Shown piece after piece: positions 1 through 9,939 of a stretch of 64,000 nt of DNA (position 1 is its first letter; every line of letters starts with the position of its first letter). The notes under the pieces are model-generated. The model saw only the letters and a program-made list of their open reading frames with translations. It did no database searches and had not been told where the DNA came from. The stretch lies in the NCBI GenBank assembly GCA_000004985.1, contig GG738866.1; one strand, given 5' to 3'. Made by a program: the position numbers and the translations under genes. Origin of the DNA: Naegleria gruberi. Lineage: Eukaryota.

Positions 1-2221
1 GAAGTGTGGCTAAATAATCAAGCATTGCTGATTTAAACATGATGATATTTGAGGATTCAAAAACTTCGTCAAAGTTTTTACACTCAAGTGATGCCTTCAA
101 GTCGCTTACAATACTTGCCTTGACACTCTTTATGGATTGCAATCCAGAAAAAACAGTTTGGTAGTCTTCAGAGGAGAGTAATCCCTTATCAAATATTTGA
201 TTTCCAAACGATGAAATACATTCTTGGATAGCTGTTAGTGACTCTTCTTCATCACTTTGAATCTCAGAGAGAAGTTTTCTTATAAACAAAGTATCGGCAT
301 CTTCAGAAATATCTGACTTTGAGGAAGGAGAAAGGGTGACTGACAGAGGAGATTTAATATTTGGAGAGAGGGAGAAATATTCTGGGCTTGATATTGTTTT
401 TTCTTCTTGTTCTTTGAGAGGAGTTTTTGCAAGAGGTAAGTCAAAGTCAACATCGTCTTCTGTCAAAAGTGGAGAAGTTTCATCACCACAATCCTCAGTT
501 GGGTAGTCAATAAGGTACGACTCCTCATCGTCATCTCTCTTGACTTGAAGTGTATTAAGGGAGGGAGATGGCTGTTCGACTTTTTTAGAAGGACTTGGTG
601 AGGTTTCTGATGCATCCAATGATATTTCTGGTACAAATAGAATTGGTTGAGATGCATTAATTGCTTCAATTCTTTCACTTTCCACTTGCTCTTCTATTTC
701 TTCTGATTCTGATTGGATTTTAAAATTATCCTTTGTAGCTACCTCGATATCTTTTGTAGGTGATGGCGTTTTTCTCTTTGAAACAATAGCTGAAGATGTT
801 TTTTTAACCAAGGTTGGCTTTTCTTTGACTGTGTTTGTAGTGCTTGAAGGTTTGTGAACTTTCTTTTCCTCAATTGGTTTGGTAACAGGTTTTGGCCTGT
901 CTTGAGTCCTTGAAATATGGTTTCTTGCTTGGGAAGTTTGTGGCCGGACAGCAGTGACTGGTTTCTTTTCCTTCGTCTGCTCGACAACTTGGGCAGATTG
1001 TGGTCTATCCCTTGGAGTGGAGACTTTAGGATTGTAAACAGGATAAAGAATGTCAACCTTCTTTTTAAGCTTTAACTTTTCTTCCCTAGCCTTTTCAACC
1101 CTTTGCTTATGCAAATCTTCGCCACTAATTTGAGGCCTCTTCTCACTTAGCTTTTTGAAGAGCTTTCTTTTTTCTTCGACTTCCTTTCTACGCTTCTCCT
1201 CTTCCACAGAAGCTTTCTTTTTTTCTTCTTCTAACTTTCGTTGCTTTTCCAATTCTCTTTCTTTCTGCACTTTTTGGGAAGTCTTAGAGACTTCACTAAG
1301 GATTGGCTTTACCACAGTTGAGTTATATTCAAATCTCTTTTTAAAAACTAATTTATCCTCTTCAATTTTCTTTTGAAATTTTGGGGGTGGCACATACTTT
1401 CCTTCTGGCTCATAGGCTGGTTTCTTTAATGCAGTATAAGTTTTTGAGAGAGAATCTTTCATGCTTTTAATTTCATCCACTTTCTTCAGCCTTCCATCAA
1501 CAGAACCATGAACGTCAGTTTTGTACTTGTTCTTTAAACTATTTCTGAATTCAATCTCATCCTTATTTTTCTGTAAGAGATCCTGTCTCCATTTGGGAAG
1601 AGTTAGGAGTGATTGGCTAGTTGTTTTTAAAGCTGTCTTTTTTTTGAATGATGATGGAGATGTAAGGGTTGGTGCTTCAGATTGGATTGGTCTCAGTTCT
1701 TTCCTTGTAAATAAATTTCGTTCTAGAGTATACATACCTTGTTGTGTTTCTTCTGGTTCTGATTTTGGGGATGGACTTTCTTCTTCTCCATTTGATTGTT
1801 GACCATTTGGTGATGAGGTTTCAAATGCGTTTGCTTTCTCTTCGTCAGCAGGTTCTTCCTCTATCATTTGTTCTTCGGAATTTTCTTCATCTTTGGCAAC
1901 TTGAATTTCCTCTTGTTGCTCCACATCTTCTTGAGGTTGTTCATCTTTCGTGAGTAATTCTTCTTGAGTAACTTCCTCCTCTTCAGGTATTCTATCCTCA
2001 CCGGTTACCTCCTCGTTTGTATTCTCATTTGTAGATTCGTTAGATTGTTGATCGTCGTTGTATTCCTTATCCTCTGATTCGTTGAGGGTTTCAGAGACCT
2101 CAATAAATTCTTCCTCTTGTTGTTCATCAGTTTGGGCACTTTCAATGAGTGATTCATTAGGCACTGTACTTTCATCTTCACCACCTGATGGGGCACTTTC
2201 AATTAGTGATTCATATTCCAT
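1..2221 (-). CDS. Acidic (Glu/Asp-rich N-terminus) and Lys-rich hypothetical protein. The ATG is at 2221..2219 and the frame stays open to the window edge, so the 3' end lies outside the window.
   Basis: My hand translation of the minus strand gives one stop-free frame from the ATG at 2221 to position 1. The ORF track misses it because there is no stop in the window. The listed ORFs 463..678(-) and 739..1056(-) are in other frames. Composition is coding-like. No domain recognised. Confidence 0.45.
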   Translation of the reverse strand, partial: MEYESLIESAPSGGEDESTVPNESLIESAQTDEQQEEEFIEVSETLNESEDKEYNDDQQSNESTNENTNEEVTGEDRIPEEEEVTQEELLTKDEQPQEDVEQQEEIQVAKDEENSEEQMIEEEPADEEKANAFETSSPNGQQSNGEEESPSPKSEPEETQQGMYTLERNLFTRKELRPIQSEAPTLTSPSSFKKKTALKTTSQSLLTLPKWRQDLLQKNKDEIEFRNSLKNKYKTDVHGSVDGRLKKVDEIKSMKDSLSKTYTALKKPAYEPEGKYVPPPKFQKKIEEDKLVFKKRFEYNSTVVKPILSEVSKTSQKVQKERELEKQRKLEEEKKKASVEEEKRRKEVEEKRKLFKKLSEKRPQISGEDLHKQRVEKAREEKLKLKKKVDILYPVYNPKVSTPRDRPQSAQVVEQTKEKKPVTAVRPQTSQARNHISRTQDRPKPVTKPIEEKKVHKPSSTTNTVKEKPTLVKKTSSAIVSKRKTPSPTKDIEVATKDNFKIQSESEEIEEQVESERIEAINASQPILFVPEISLDASETSPSPSKKVEQPSPSLNTLQVKRDDDEESYLIDYPTEDCGDETSPLLTEDDVDFDLPLAKTPLKEQEEKTISSPEYFSLSPNIKSPLSVTLSPSSKSDISEDADTLFIRKLLSEIQSDEEESLTAIQECISSFGNQIFDKGLLSSEDYQTVFSGLQSIKSVKASIVSDLKASLECKNFDEVFESSNIIMFKSAMLDYLATL

Positions 2222-2248
2222 TTTTTTAATTTTTTAAAGTTTGTAATT

Positions 2249-2560
2249 ATGAAGGCGGGAACAATCAATGATCTTAATAAAACTCAGCACTTCACTGCCC
2301 ACCATTTTAATGTTGCATCTGAACCACTTCGAATCGATTCAATCATACATGCACAAGATTTTTTCAAATCAATAAGCATAACAGAGATTGAGTCAAATTA
2401 TGGTCATATCATCAGTTTGCTTCTGTTTGACCAATATAAACCAACAATTAGAAAAATTAAAACAAATCTTTATTTTCAAATCGACCGGAAGGCATACCAA
2501 TATAAACCGGAGTTGGCCAATACCGATTTGCAAGCTTTTCCAAATATCAAACTCCAATAA
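2249..2560 (+). CDS. Candidate small ORF (103 aa) in the divergent promoter region. It may be spurious.
   Basis: The ORF has non-low-complexity, coding-like composition (GC higher than the flanking AT-rich spacer 2561..2605). No homology recognised. It would leave only ~45 bp before the V-ATPase G start codon. Confidence 0.2.
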   Translation: MKAGTINDLNKTQHFTAHHFNVASEPLRIDSIIHAQDFFKSISITEIESNYGHIISLLLFDQYKPTIRKIKTNLYFQIDRKAYQYKPELANTDLQAFPNIKLQ

Positions 2561-2605
2561 TTTTTAAAAATAAAATAATATTTTTTTAAAATAAAGAATA
2601 AAAAA

Positions 2606-3103
2606 ATGTCATCCAAGAAATCCGCCAGTATCCAACAATTGCTCGCCGCTGAACAAGAAGCCACAGAAATTGTGAAGGAAGCCAAGAAACGTAAGTAGTA
2701 AATTAAAGATTGTCAATCATCAAGAATGTTCATCGGCGATGTGTCATTATATTTGATGCAAATATTTACTTTGCAATGGAATCGTGATTATCATCAACAA
2801 ACAACAGAAAGATTAATCAAGTTGAGAGAAGCTAAGGAAGAAGCTGAAAAGGAAATTGCCAAGTTCAAAGCTAGCAAGGAACAATACTTCCAAAAATTCA
2901 CAAAGGAACAATTGGAAGTCGGTGGTACTAACAATGAATTACAACAAAAGAAGGTCCAAATCATCTATAACATCAAACAAAAGACTCAACAAAAGAGACC
3001 TGATATTGTTAAATTCGTTGTCGACAACGTTATTAATGTTAACACTGACTTGGAACAAGAACAAGAAGCCTTCATCGAAAAGAAGAAGAAAGGAATTTTC
3101 TAA
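2606..3103 (+). CDS. vatG: V-type ATPase subunit G, two exons (2606..2690, 2808..3103) with a 117-nt GTAAGT..AG intron.
   Basis: Exon 1 encodes MSSKKSASIQQLLAAEQEATEIVKEAKK. Exon 2 encodes (Q)RLIKLREAKEEAEKEIAKFKASKEQYFQKF... This matches the V-ATPase G family signature QQLL.AE..A...V..AR..K..RLKQAKEEA. The intron is phase 1, the frames join cleanly, and a TAA stop follows. Confidence 0.8.
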
Positions 3104-3353
3104 ATTTTGTTATTAATTTTAAACATGTAAACTTCACTCCTCCCTCCACAGCTAGTATTTCCTTGGAAACAACAAGTGGATACTGGTCGTTTTCTTCCAA
3201 ACAACCCACATAAAAATATTATTTTAAAATCAAAACCAGGGAACATTTTGTAAAATGGCAGATGTGCTATTCAAGATATTGAATTCAACTGTTCATGTTT
3301 CAGTAGACAACTGTGGAAAAGATAAGAAAGTTTCAGCTTCTTAAAATCTGGTT

Positions 3354-3485
3354 AGAAAATAAAAAGTATTGAGTGGAGATGCGGGGTATCGATCCCCGTA
3401 CCTCTTCCATGCTAAAGAAGCGCTCTACCATGTGAGCTACATCCCCTTACATTCACGTTGAAAATTTTCTTATCAAGAATAACAA
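3354..3485. repeat. Copy 1 of a duplicated ~130-bp tRNA-Ala cassette (tRNA plus flanks). The second copy is at 24434..24565.
   Basis: Near-identical sequence including ~35 bp 5' and ~20 bp 3' of the tRNA, with a few mismatches only in the distal flanks. Confidence 0.8.
3374..3446 (-). tRNA. tRNA-Ala (anticodon AGC), 73 nt.
   Basis: The reverse complement folds as a cloverleaf: 7-bp acceptor stem with the G3:U70 Ala identity pair, D-arm GCTC/GAGC, anticodon stem CTTCT/GGAAG with loop TTAGCAT (anticodon AGC), T-arm ACGGGGATCGATACCCCGC. A T5 run lies immediately 3' on the tRNA strand (plus-strand aaaaa at 3361-3365). Confidence 0.9.
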
Positions 3486-3602
3486 CAATTGTTCATCTGA
3501 TTATTTAATACTCTTCTTAACAAACTATTGTTGTTAACAATTTCTGTGATTGGTGCTGATTTACTTGATAATAGTTTTTACAACTTGTTCTATTATTAAA
3601 AA

Positions 3603-4883
3603 ATGAAAAGATTTGTTCCTCTTGCAAAACAACACAAAGGTCTTCCAATTCTTCTCAGAAATTCTACCTTCGCATCACCAACATTATTTTCCGAAGGTGG
3701 TAAAAAGAAGTTTTGTTGCAATCTTTATCAACGAGAAGGAAAATTCGATGATGAGAAATATAATGATAAAAAGCTCAAGTATGAACAACAACTTTCTCCT
3801 CTTCAAGTCTTTTTTGATTATAAACAATTCTTGATTGGAGGTACATTTGGTATATTTGGGGATTTATTAAAATATAGAGAAATGAGAAAGGAAATTTCCT
3901 ATAGACCATTTAGAGTTGCTAGTAGAAAGGAAATGTTATTTATGAATGGATTTAGATTTGATTTTGTTAAATTGTTAATACCAGCTTCAGGCATTTTCAT
4001 GTATCCAAAATTATTACTTGTTTATTTGCCTTTATGTTATTATTATCCTAGCATTAGACCTTCCTATTATCAATCTGATTCACTTAAAAAGGCTATCAGA
4101 GAAAATTCTCATCAAATGAGAAAAGAACAAAGAGATCTTATCATTCAAGAAGTTTTGAGATTAACATCAAATATACATACTATGAATTATGGACAACAAG
4201 ATACAAGAGTGAGTGAAGATATTGCATTGCTATTGTCTGTCATTCAAAAAATTAATGCACTTAAAACTCATAATCTCCCTATTCATTTACTACCAAACTT
4301 GGATTCTTTGCTAAAAGATTTGAAACAATTGGATCAATCAGAATTATTTAATAATCACTTGACAATTGAAAAGTTTTCAGACTCTGTTATTGATAGCTTG
4401 TGTAGATTCAGTTTTGTTGCAAGACTTATTTTCAATGGTATCAGTGGTGTCTTTAAATTGACAAGTAGTGGATCTATCGTAGGAAGTAGATCAGGTGGAT
4501 TGGAATCAAACATTCACTCTATCAAGTATATGATCAAGCATTTATTTATGGGTGCCTCTGCCAGCAATACTTCATCTATCAGATCGATGGTTCCTATTAG
4601 TTATAAGAGAAAGATGTTGAAATACTATTTGAATTTAATTAGACAAGATGATCACTTCATACAGCAAGTTATTGATACAATGAGCTTGAAGGAAATGATT
4701 GAAGCAAGTTATGTTCGTGGATTTGTGCACGATTGGAAATTTAAAGAAATTAAGGAGGAAGATATGAAGGTTAACCATAGAGAAATTATTGAAAGATACT
4801 TCAAATTGTGGTGTGAATTTAGCTCTTCAGTCCAAAATGACAATTTATTCTTATTGACAACTGTTTTGTTATTTATTCATTGA
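3603..4883 (+). CDS. Hypothetical 426-aa protein, possibly LETM1-like and mitochondrial (weak).
   Basis: Single ORF. The N-terminus is basic/hydroxylated and presequence-like. The segment ...FVKLLIPASGIFMYPKLLLVYLP... loosely resembles the LETM1 ribosome-binding-domain motif (LVPFS.F.IIPF.E..LP). No firm assignment. Confidence 0.4.
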   Translation: MKRFVPLAKQHKGLPILLRNSTFASPTLFSEGGKKKFCCNLYQREGKFDDEKYNDKKLKYEQQLSPLQVFFDYKQFLIGGTFGIFGDLLKYREMRKEISYRPFRVASRKEMLFMNGFRFDFVKLLIPASGIFMYPKLLLVYLPLCYYYPSIRPSYYQSDSLKKAIRENSHQMRKEQRDLIIQEVLRLTSNIHTMNYGQQDTRVSEDIALLLSVIQKINALKTHNLPIHLLPNLDSLLKDLKQLDQSELFNNHLTIEKFSDSVIDSLCRFSFVARLIFNGISGVFKLTSSGSIVGSRSGGLESNIHSIKYMIKHLFMGASASNTSSIRSMVPISYKRKMLKYYLNLIRQDDHFIQQVIDTMSLKEMIEASYVRGFVHDWKFKEIKEEDMKVNHREIIERYFKLWCEFSSSVQNDNLFLLTTVLLFIH

Positions 4884-4927
4884 GGAATTTAAAATAAATT
4901 AATTTGGTTTTTACAATATATGTACAT

Positions 4928-5758
4928 TTAGTTTGTAATTCTATTAACCCATCCATAAGTAATCAAGGCAAATAAAACAATAATAATTATAATCATTAGA
5001 GCAATACCTCCAACCATGTAATATTTTCTTCTTGTCATGTTATTTAAAAGTCTGTCATTAATTACTAAATCACCTTGCACTCCTCTAAGTTTGTGTTTTG
5101 TGTTTTCCATTTGTTCTCTTTGTGATTTCAACATACCCAAAGATTCAGTTCCCGATGATTCAATTTCATGCATTAATTGCATAGATCGATTGAGACTTTG
5201 ATCACTCGATCTCAACAATCTCTCAGTTTCAAAGAGTGCATTATTATTGGAACTTCTTCCATATTCCAAATCCTCATCCTCATCATCACTCAACGACTGA
5301 TTACTGATAGGCTCATTATTTGATGAAATTACATGTTGATTCAATAAAAATTGTCTCTCCATTACATTATATCTATTTTGATAATATTTCAACTGTTGCT
5401 TGTATTGTTGTGTCTGACTAGTTGATGATGATGACAATTCATAGAGTTGAATATTTTGTCGCAATTTTTGCAACAATTTTTGATATCCATCCAACGATGT
5501 TCTATCATTATTGACTTGATAATTTTGTAGTGAATTAAATTGTTCTTGAATTTCCGTTTCATATTGTGCTCCTTGTTTTTGCAAGGGATCATCGTGATTG
5601 TTGTTGGTTATTATATTTGATGATGCTAAATTATTAGAATGACCAACGAGAAGGGATGGTGACCGAGTATCGGAAATTTCAATATCCTGATCCTCCGGTC
5701 CAAGAGCACTCATAAACAATGAGGAAGCTTGTGAGAGAACACTCTGAGATAAATCCAT
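4928..5758 (-). CDS. Tail-anchored Qb-SNARE, membrin/Bos1 (GOSR2) homolog.
   Basis: The C-terminus ...QLMHEIESSGTESLGMLKSQREQMENTKHKLRGVQGDLVINDRLLNNMTRRKYYMVGGIALMIIIIIVLFALITYGW aligns with the membrin SNARE motif plus TM anchor (RLIDETISIGTATLENLHEQRGMLKGT...AFQDKYFMIGGMLLTCVV). Coiled-coil N-terminal region. Confidence 0.65.
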   Translation of the reverse strand: MDLSQSVLSQASSLFMSALGPEDQDIEISDTRSPSLLVGHSNNLASSNIITNNNHDDPLQKQGAQYETEIQEQFNSLQNYQVNNDRTSLDGYQKLLQKLRQNIQLYELSSSSTSQTQQYKQQLKYYQNRYNVMERQFLLNQHVISSNNEPISNQSLSDDEDEDLEYGRSSNNNALFETERLLRSSDQSLNRSMQLMHEIESSGTESLGMLKSQREQMENTKHKLRGVQGDLVINDRLLNNMTRRKYYMVGGIALMIIIIIVLFALITYGWVNRITN

Positions 5759-5949
5759 TGCTTATTAAAGTGTGATGATGAATTTTTTTTTGATTTTGAA
5801 AATTTAATTTTGCAGTTTTTTTTAATGATCAAAACTTTCTAATAAGTTTCAAATTTGGAAATTGACATGATAATCATTGAGAATGATATTCAAAAAGTTG
5901 TGTTTTTCAATGAAATACTCATATTGCTTGCAAATGGTTCATTCAAAAT

Positions 5950-7282
5950 TTATTGATTCTTTTGAGATTCGGCTGTTTCATTCGAAGAAGTAGTAGAAAC
6001 ATTTTCCAACTTGTTCTTTTCTTCCAATTTGCTTCTCAAATTCTTCACTTCATTCACCAATAATTTCTTATGTTTCGTATATTCCTTAGTTTTTTCCTCC
6101 AATTGCAAATTTTCACTCTTTAAGGCAAGCACCTGTTTCTTCAACTGTTCCACCTCCACATTATTCTCCAATTGTTCCTGCAATTTTCTGTACAATTGTC
6201 TCAGTGTACTACACGATTCCTGTAAGACAAATTCATTCACTGCATTCAATCTCTCAGTAGGATGACTCGAAATGGTAATATTATTCTTTGGAGTGATTGG
6301 TTCGTAGGGAGAATGAGTCTTCTCCTCCTCTGAGTCCTTATTCACAAATTGATTATAGTACAAATAGAGATCGTCAATTGAGGAAATTTCCAATTGATCA
6401 TTTTCAGGTAGGACTAGTTTTTCCAATCGTTTAATTCCTTGAACTAGTTTAATGAGACCTTGCTTTTCGAATTGATCCAAACTTTCATTCCATTTCTCTG
6501 CATCACCAACGATTCGTCTTCGTGATTGGACGATTTTTGAATTATTGCCAGTTGAATTGTTTCGTGGAGATTCCAATGTATTATTATTATTCGAATTAGT
6601 TGTGGATGATGAATTATCGGAACCATCTTGAGATTCTTGTTGTTGATTCGAATAGGCAACTTTAGTTATTTTATCAATCCAATCATTTCTATCATCTTCA
6701 TATTCAGTTGCTAATACGAAACGTCTACTCTGCACAGATAATACAAATCCAAACATATTATCACGTGGCAGATCATTTTCATGACTATTTCCATTGTTAT
6801 TCGAAACATTTTCTGTATTCGAATTACGAGCAGAAACAAATACTTCCCTGCTCGGACGTAAATAAACAGCACCCAGAGGATGATGTGGATCACTCATAAC
6901 CTCAGCTTGTGATTTAAAATACAATAAGAAACCTTCTGAAAGTAGAATAAAGAACCTTCTCTTCCATCCCTTGTTGATTTTAGAGCCTTTCTTTTGGAGC
7001 CATCCACTATAGACACAAGTTGGTGATTCTATCAAGTAACAATAGGAGCTACCACTCACTTCCAACACTTGAATTTGTAGACGAATTATTATTCGAAACA
7101 TTTTCTGTATTCGAATTAGAGGGTGGACTGTTTGAATTCTTATAAGAATTGGATGATGAATTTGTTTGTTGTTGAGTTGTTCGTTTATGATTAGACGAAA
7201 CTTGTTCTAAATCTCCATCATCTTCAAGATTTAAACTCTTTCGACTATTAAATCGGAGAAGAATCGTCTGAGGAAGATGCAT
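5950..7282 (-). CDS. PH-domain, coiled-coil protein. Two exons joined by a short intron near 7040-7100.
   Basis: The classic PH start GWLQKKGSKINKGWKRRFFILLSEGFLLYFKS lies in ORF 5950..7101. The upstream ORF 7049..7282 (Ser/Asn-rich) overlaps it in another frame. A GTGAGT/GTGGTA donor and CTATAG/TTGATAG acceptors would give a 31- or 49-nt intron. The exact splice is unresolved. Confidence 0.55.
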
Positions 7283-7789
7283 TTCGAATAATAATTAACT
7301 GATGTTGTTGATTAGTTTTTTAAAGTGGTGTTTCTGTTTTAATGTCCATCCAGAGAAGTTGATGGGAACAATTTTTGCATGTCACACTCACAAATATCTT
7401 GTCTATTGATTGTTCTGAATTGTTGACATTGTTATTATTCGAAAGTGATGATAATTAATGATAATATTGTTCAAACTTTGAATTTGATTGTTTGCTAAAC
7501 TATGTTACAGCTCTCTATCAGCTGCTAACCAATTACGATTGTCAATTTACAAGCTGTTGTAAATATTCATTCGAAATAGGATAGCTCTGTATGGAGAAAC
7601 AATGAAAAATTAAAAGAAGAATGTGTGTAGTGAAAAAACAAAATGAAAATACCAATGAAGAAGAGAAATACAGGAGTTTCAGTTTTGTAATGTTGTAATT
7701 TTTCAGTTTCAACAATATTTTCACTGATAAGGTTTCGGTAAGATTCGAATGCATTAGTTTTTGCGCCAAGTCAATTCACCAATTAAAAA

Positions 7790-9919
7790 ATGTCAATACA
7801 AAAAGCAACAAGCCTGCTATTCATTTCATCTTGTTTCTTGTTTATTTTCCTACTTTCTAACTGCCATCAATTTGTTGTTGAAGGAAAGTTATTTGGGCGG
7901 GAAGAAAAAGTGGCACACAGTTGGCTATCAATGGATCGATATGTGGAAATTTATTCGAATGGAAAGGAATGGGTCATGAATATGATTAGTTTGATAAAAG
8001 TTTCGTCTATGAATTGTTATCATCAAATAGGAAATTTTATTAGAAATATTTCGTTCCGAGTGTTGATGGACAAGATGACGAATGTAACGGTGCATATTTA
8101 TCATTCAATAGTTTGGTATATTGTATCATTGTTTGATTATATTTATTCGAATTATATTCGAAAGTATCATCAAGTTACTGATAGAAAGAATGAGAAAAAT
8201 TTGGAATATTATTATTGGATTGCCTATTGTGTAATTGTTATTAGCGTGTTATCATCCATTCTTTTTTTCATTCTTTACAAAATCTTTAAAATTCTCAAGA
8301 TGAAATATGATAAGAGAAGAGAAGAAAAAACAAAGGAAGAAAAATTGAGACAACAACGAATTACAACTCTATACGAAATATTGGTGAGCGAGAGACAATA
8401 TTGTGAATATTTAAAGTTTTTGCATGATCAATACTATTTACCTCTGGAAAAGGGAGAAATTTCAAAGCAAATTGAATTGAATAGTACAATAGAACAAGAC
8501 AAGACAAAGAGAAATATTGTAGACTTTGAACCAGTTCACTATTATAAGAGATCTGAATGTTTGCTCATTCCTACAGAATTGGAAAATATTATCATGCTCA
8601 ATAATCGATTTTTGAGAAGTTTGGAATGTGAAATTCTTGGATGGCACACAAAAGACAGACTCATGTACAATATCTACCGATACAGTGTCAAGGTAATTGG
8701 AAATATCTTTAGAAAATCAGAGGTGGAGGGAGTTCAGGATTTATCAGACTCAATTGACCAAGCTCCTCAAACACCAACAATTCTCACTAAAAAACCACTT
8801 CCTACCATACCAGGAGTCTCTGAAAAGATTGATAATTTTGGTTATAATATCAAATCAGTGAGGGAGAAGTGTAATATTTTGGAGAATTGCTTCAAAGAGT
8901 ATACGCAAGCCTTTGTTATTTATGCCATGTTTATTTGTAAATATAATGAATGTAGAACGAATATTAATGAGCTGAGTAAGCAATTTCCATATTTTGCAGA
9001 GCAATTGAAAAAGGCAAGAAGCTTGAAGGGATCAAATTCACTTGATTTAATGTCATTCATTGTCATGGTACCTCAAAGATTACCAAGATATGCCCTATTT
9101 TTGAAACAACTTGGAAAGTTTACAAATTTACAAGATCCACAATTTAAAGAAATTGAAGCAGCAATCAAAGAAATTGAAAGGATTACCTACAAGGTCAATT
9201 CATTTGTTAAGGATTATCAAAATCAAACATTGGTCATTACTGTTAAGGATAGCATCATTAATAAGGTTCCATCATTCAAGAGTATTGAAGATGATTTTGT
9301 TCAACCTCACAGAAGATCTGTTGGATCATTCAAAGTCACTCCAATCAGATCAAAGGAAGAATTGCAAGGTGATGATCAGACACCACGTACTCAACTCCAA
9401 ACTGTTGAGATACATGTCTTTGTTGATTTAACTATAGTGATAACTTCAAAGCCAAGAATTCTTCCAATCAAAACTAAAGAAGAAAAGGGATTCTTTGGAT
9501 TTTTCACTCCAAGAAATAAGGAGAAACGCAATTCTCTTCAAGCAGACCCTACTGTGGAGGAGATGATTTATGAGGTTTATTATTGTGAAAATTCACAAAT
9601 TTCCATGTTTTCTCAATCTTCTGATTGCCTCATTCTGGAATTGAATAAGAGCAAGTACTTTACCAACAACATAACAGAAGAAAAATCCCCACAAAAGGAA
9701 AAAGAAAAGAAGGAGAAAAAGAATTTGCCACTTCCAAACAAGTCAATCTCTAAACTTGTTCATTTAGATAAGAAGGATGAGCACACAGTGAATTTCATTC
9801 AAATATTTGAGAAATTATCTGGACAAAAACATACCGAGTTCTCTGTTGTAGAAGAAGGATTAATGTCCAATTCAAAATTACTTACCTTAATGGCAAGTTA
9901 CATCAATGAGAATAATTAG
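7790..9919 (+). CDS. RhoGEF (Dbl-homology domain) protein with N-terminal transmembrane segments.
   Basis: The DH-domain signature ...MSFIVMVPQRLPRYALFLKQLGKFT (QRLPRY..LL) is present. An upstream helix RITTLYEILVSERQYCEYLKFL fits the DH start. Several hydrophobic segments lie in the first 170 aa. Confidence 0.7.
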   Translation: MSIQKATSLLFISSCFLFIFLLSNCHQFVVEGKLFGREEKVAHSWLSMDRYVEIYSNGKEWVMNMISLIKVSSMNCYHQIGNFIRNISFRVLMDKMTNVTVHIYHSIVWYIVSLFDYIYSNYIRKYHQVTDRKNEKNLEYYYWIAYCVIVISVLSSILFFILYKIFKILKMKYDKRREEKTKEEKLRQQRITTLYEILVSERQYCEYLKFLHDQYYLPLEKGEISKQIELNSTIEQDKTKRNIVDFEPVHYYKRSECLLIPTELENIIMLNNRFLRSLECEILGWHTKDRLMYNIYRYSVKVIGNIFRKSEVEGVQDLSDSIDQAPQTPTILTKKPLPTIPGVSEKIDNFGYNIKSVREKCNILENCFKEYTQAFVIYAMFICKYNECRTNINELSKQFPYFAEQLKKARSLKGSNSLDLMSFIVMVPQRLPRYALFLKQLGKFTNLQDPQFKEIEAAIKEIERITYKVNSFVKDYQNQTLVITVKDSIINKVPSFKSIEDDFVQPHRRSVGSFKVTPIRSKEELQGDDQTPRTQLQTVEIHVFVDLTIVITSKPRILPIKTKEEKGFFGFFTPRNKEKRNSLQADPTVEEMIYEVYYCENSQISMFSQSSDCLILELNKSKYFTNNITEEKSPQKEKEKKEKKNLPLPNKSISKLVHLDKKDEHTVNFIQIFEKLSGQKHTEFSVVEEGLMSNSKLLTLMASYINENN

Positions 9920-9939
9920 AAATTAAAAAGGAAAATAAA

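Noticed and set aside
463-1056. Minus-strand ORFs 463..678 and 739..1056 (71 and 105 aa).
   Set aside because: They lie in the two alternative frames of a region where the third minus-strand frame is open continuously from 2221 to the window edge. They are by-products of low-complexity Lys/Glu-rich coding sequence.
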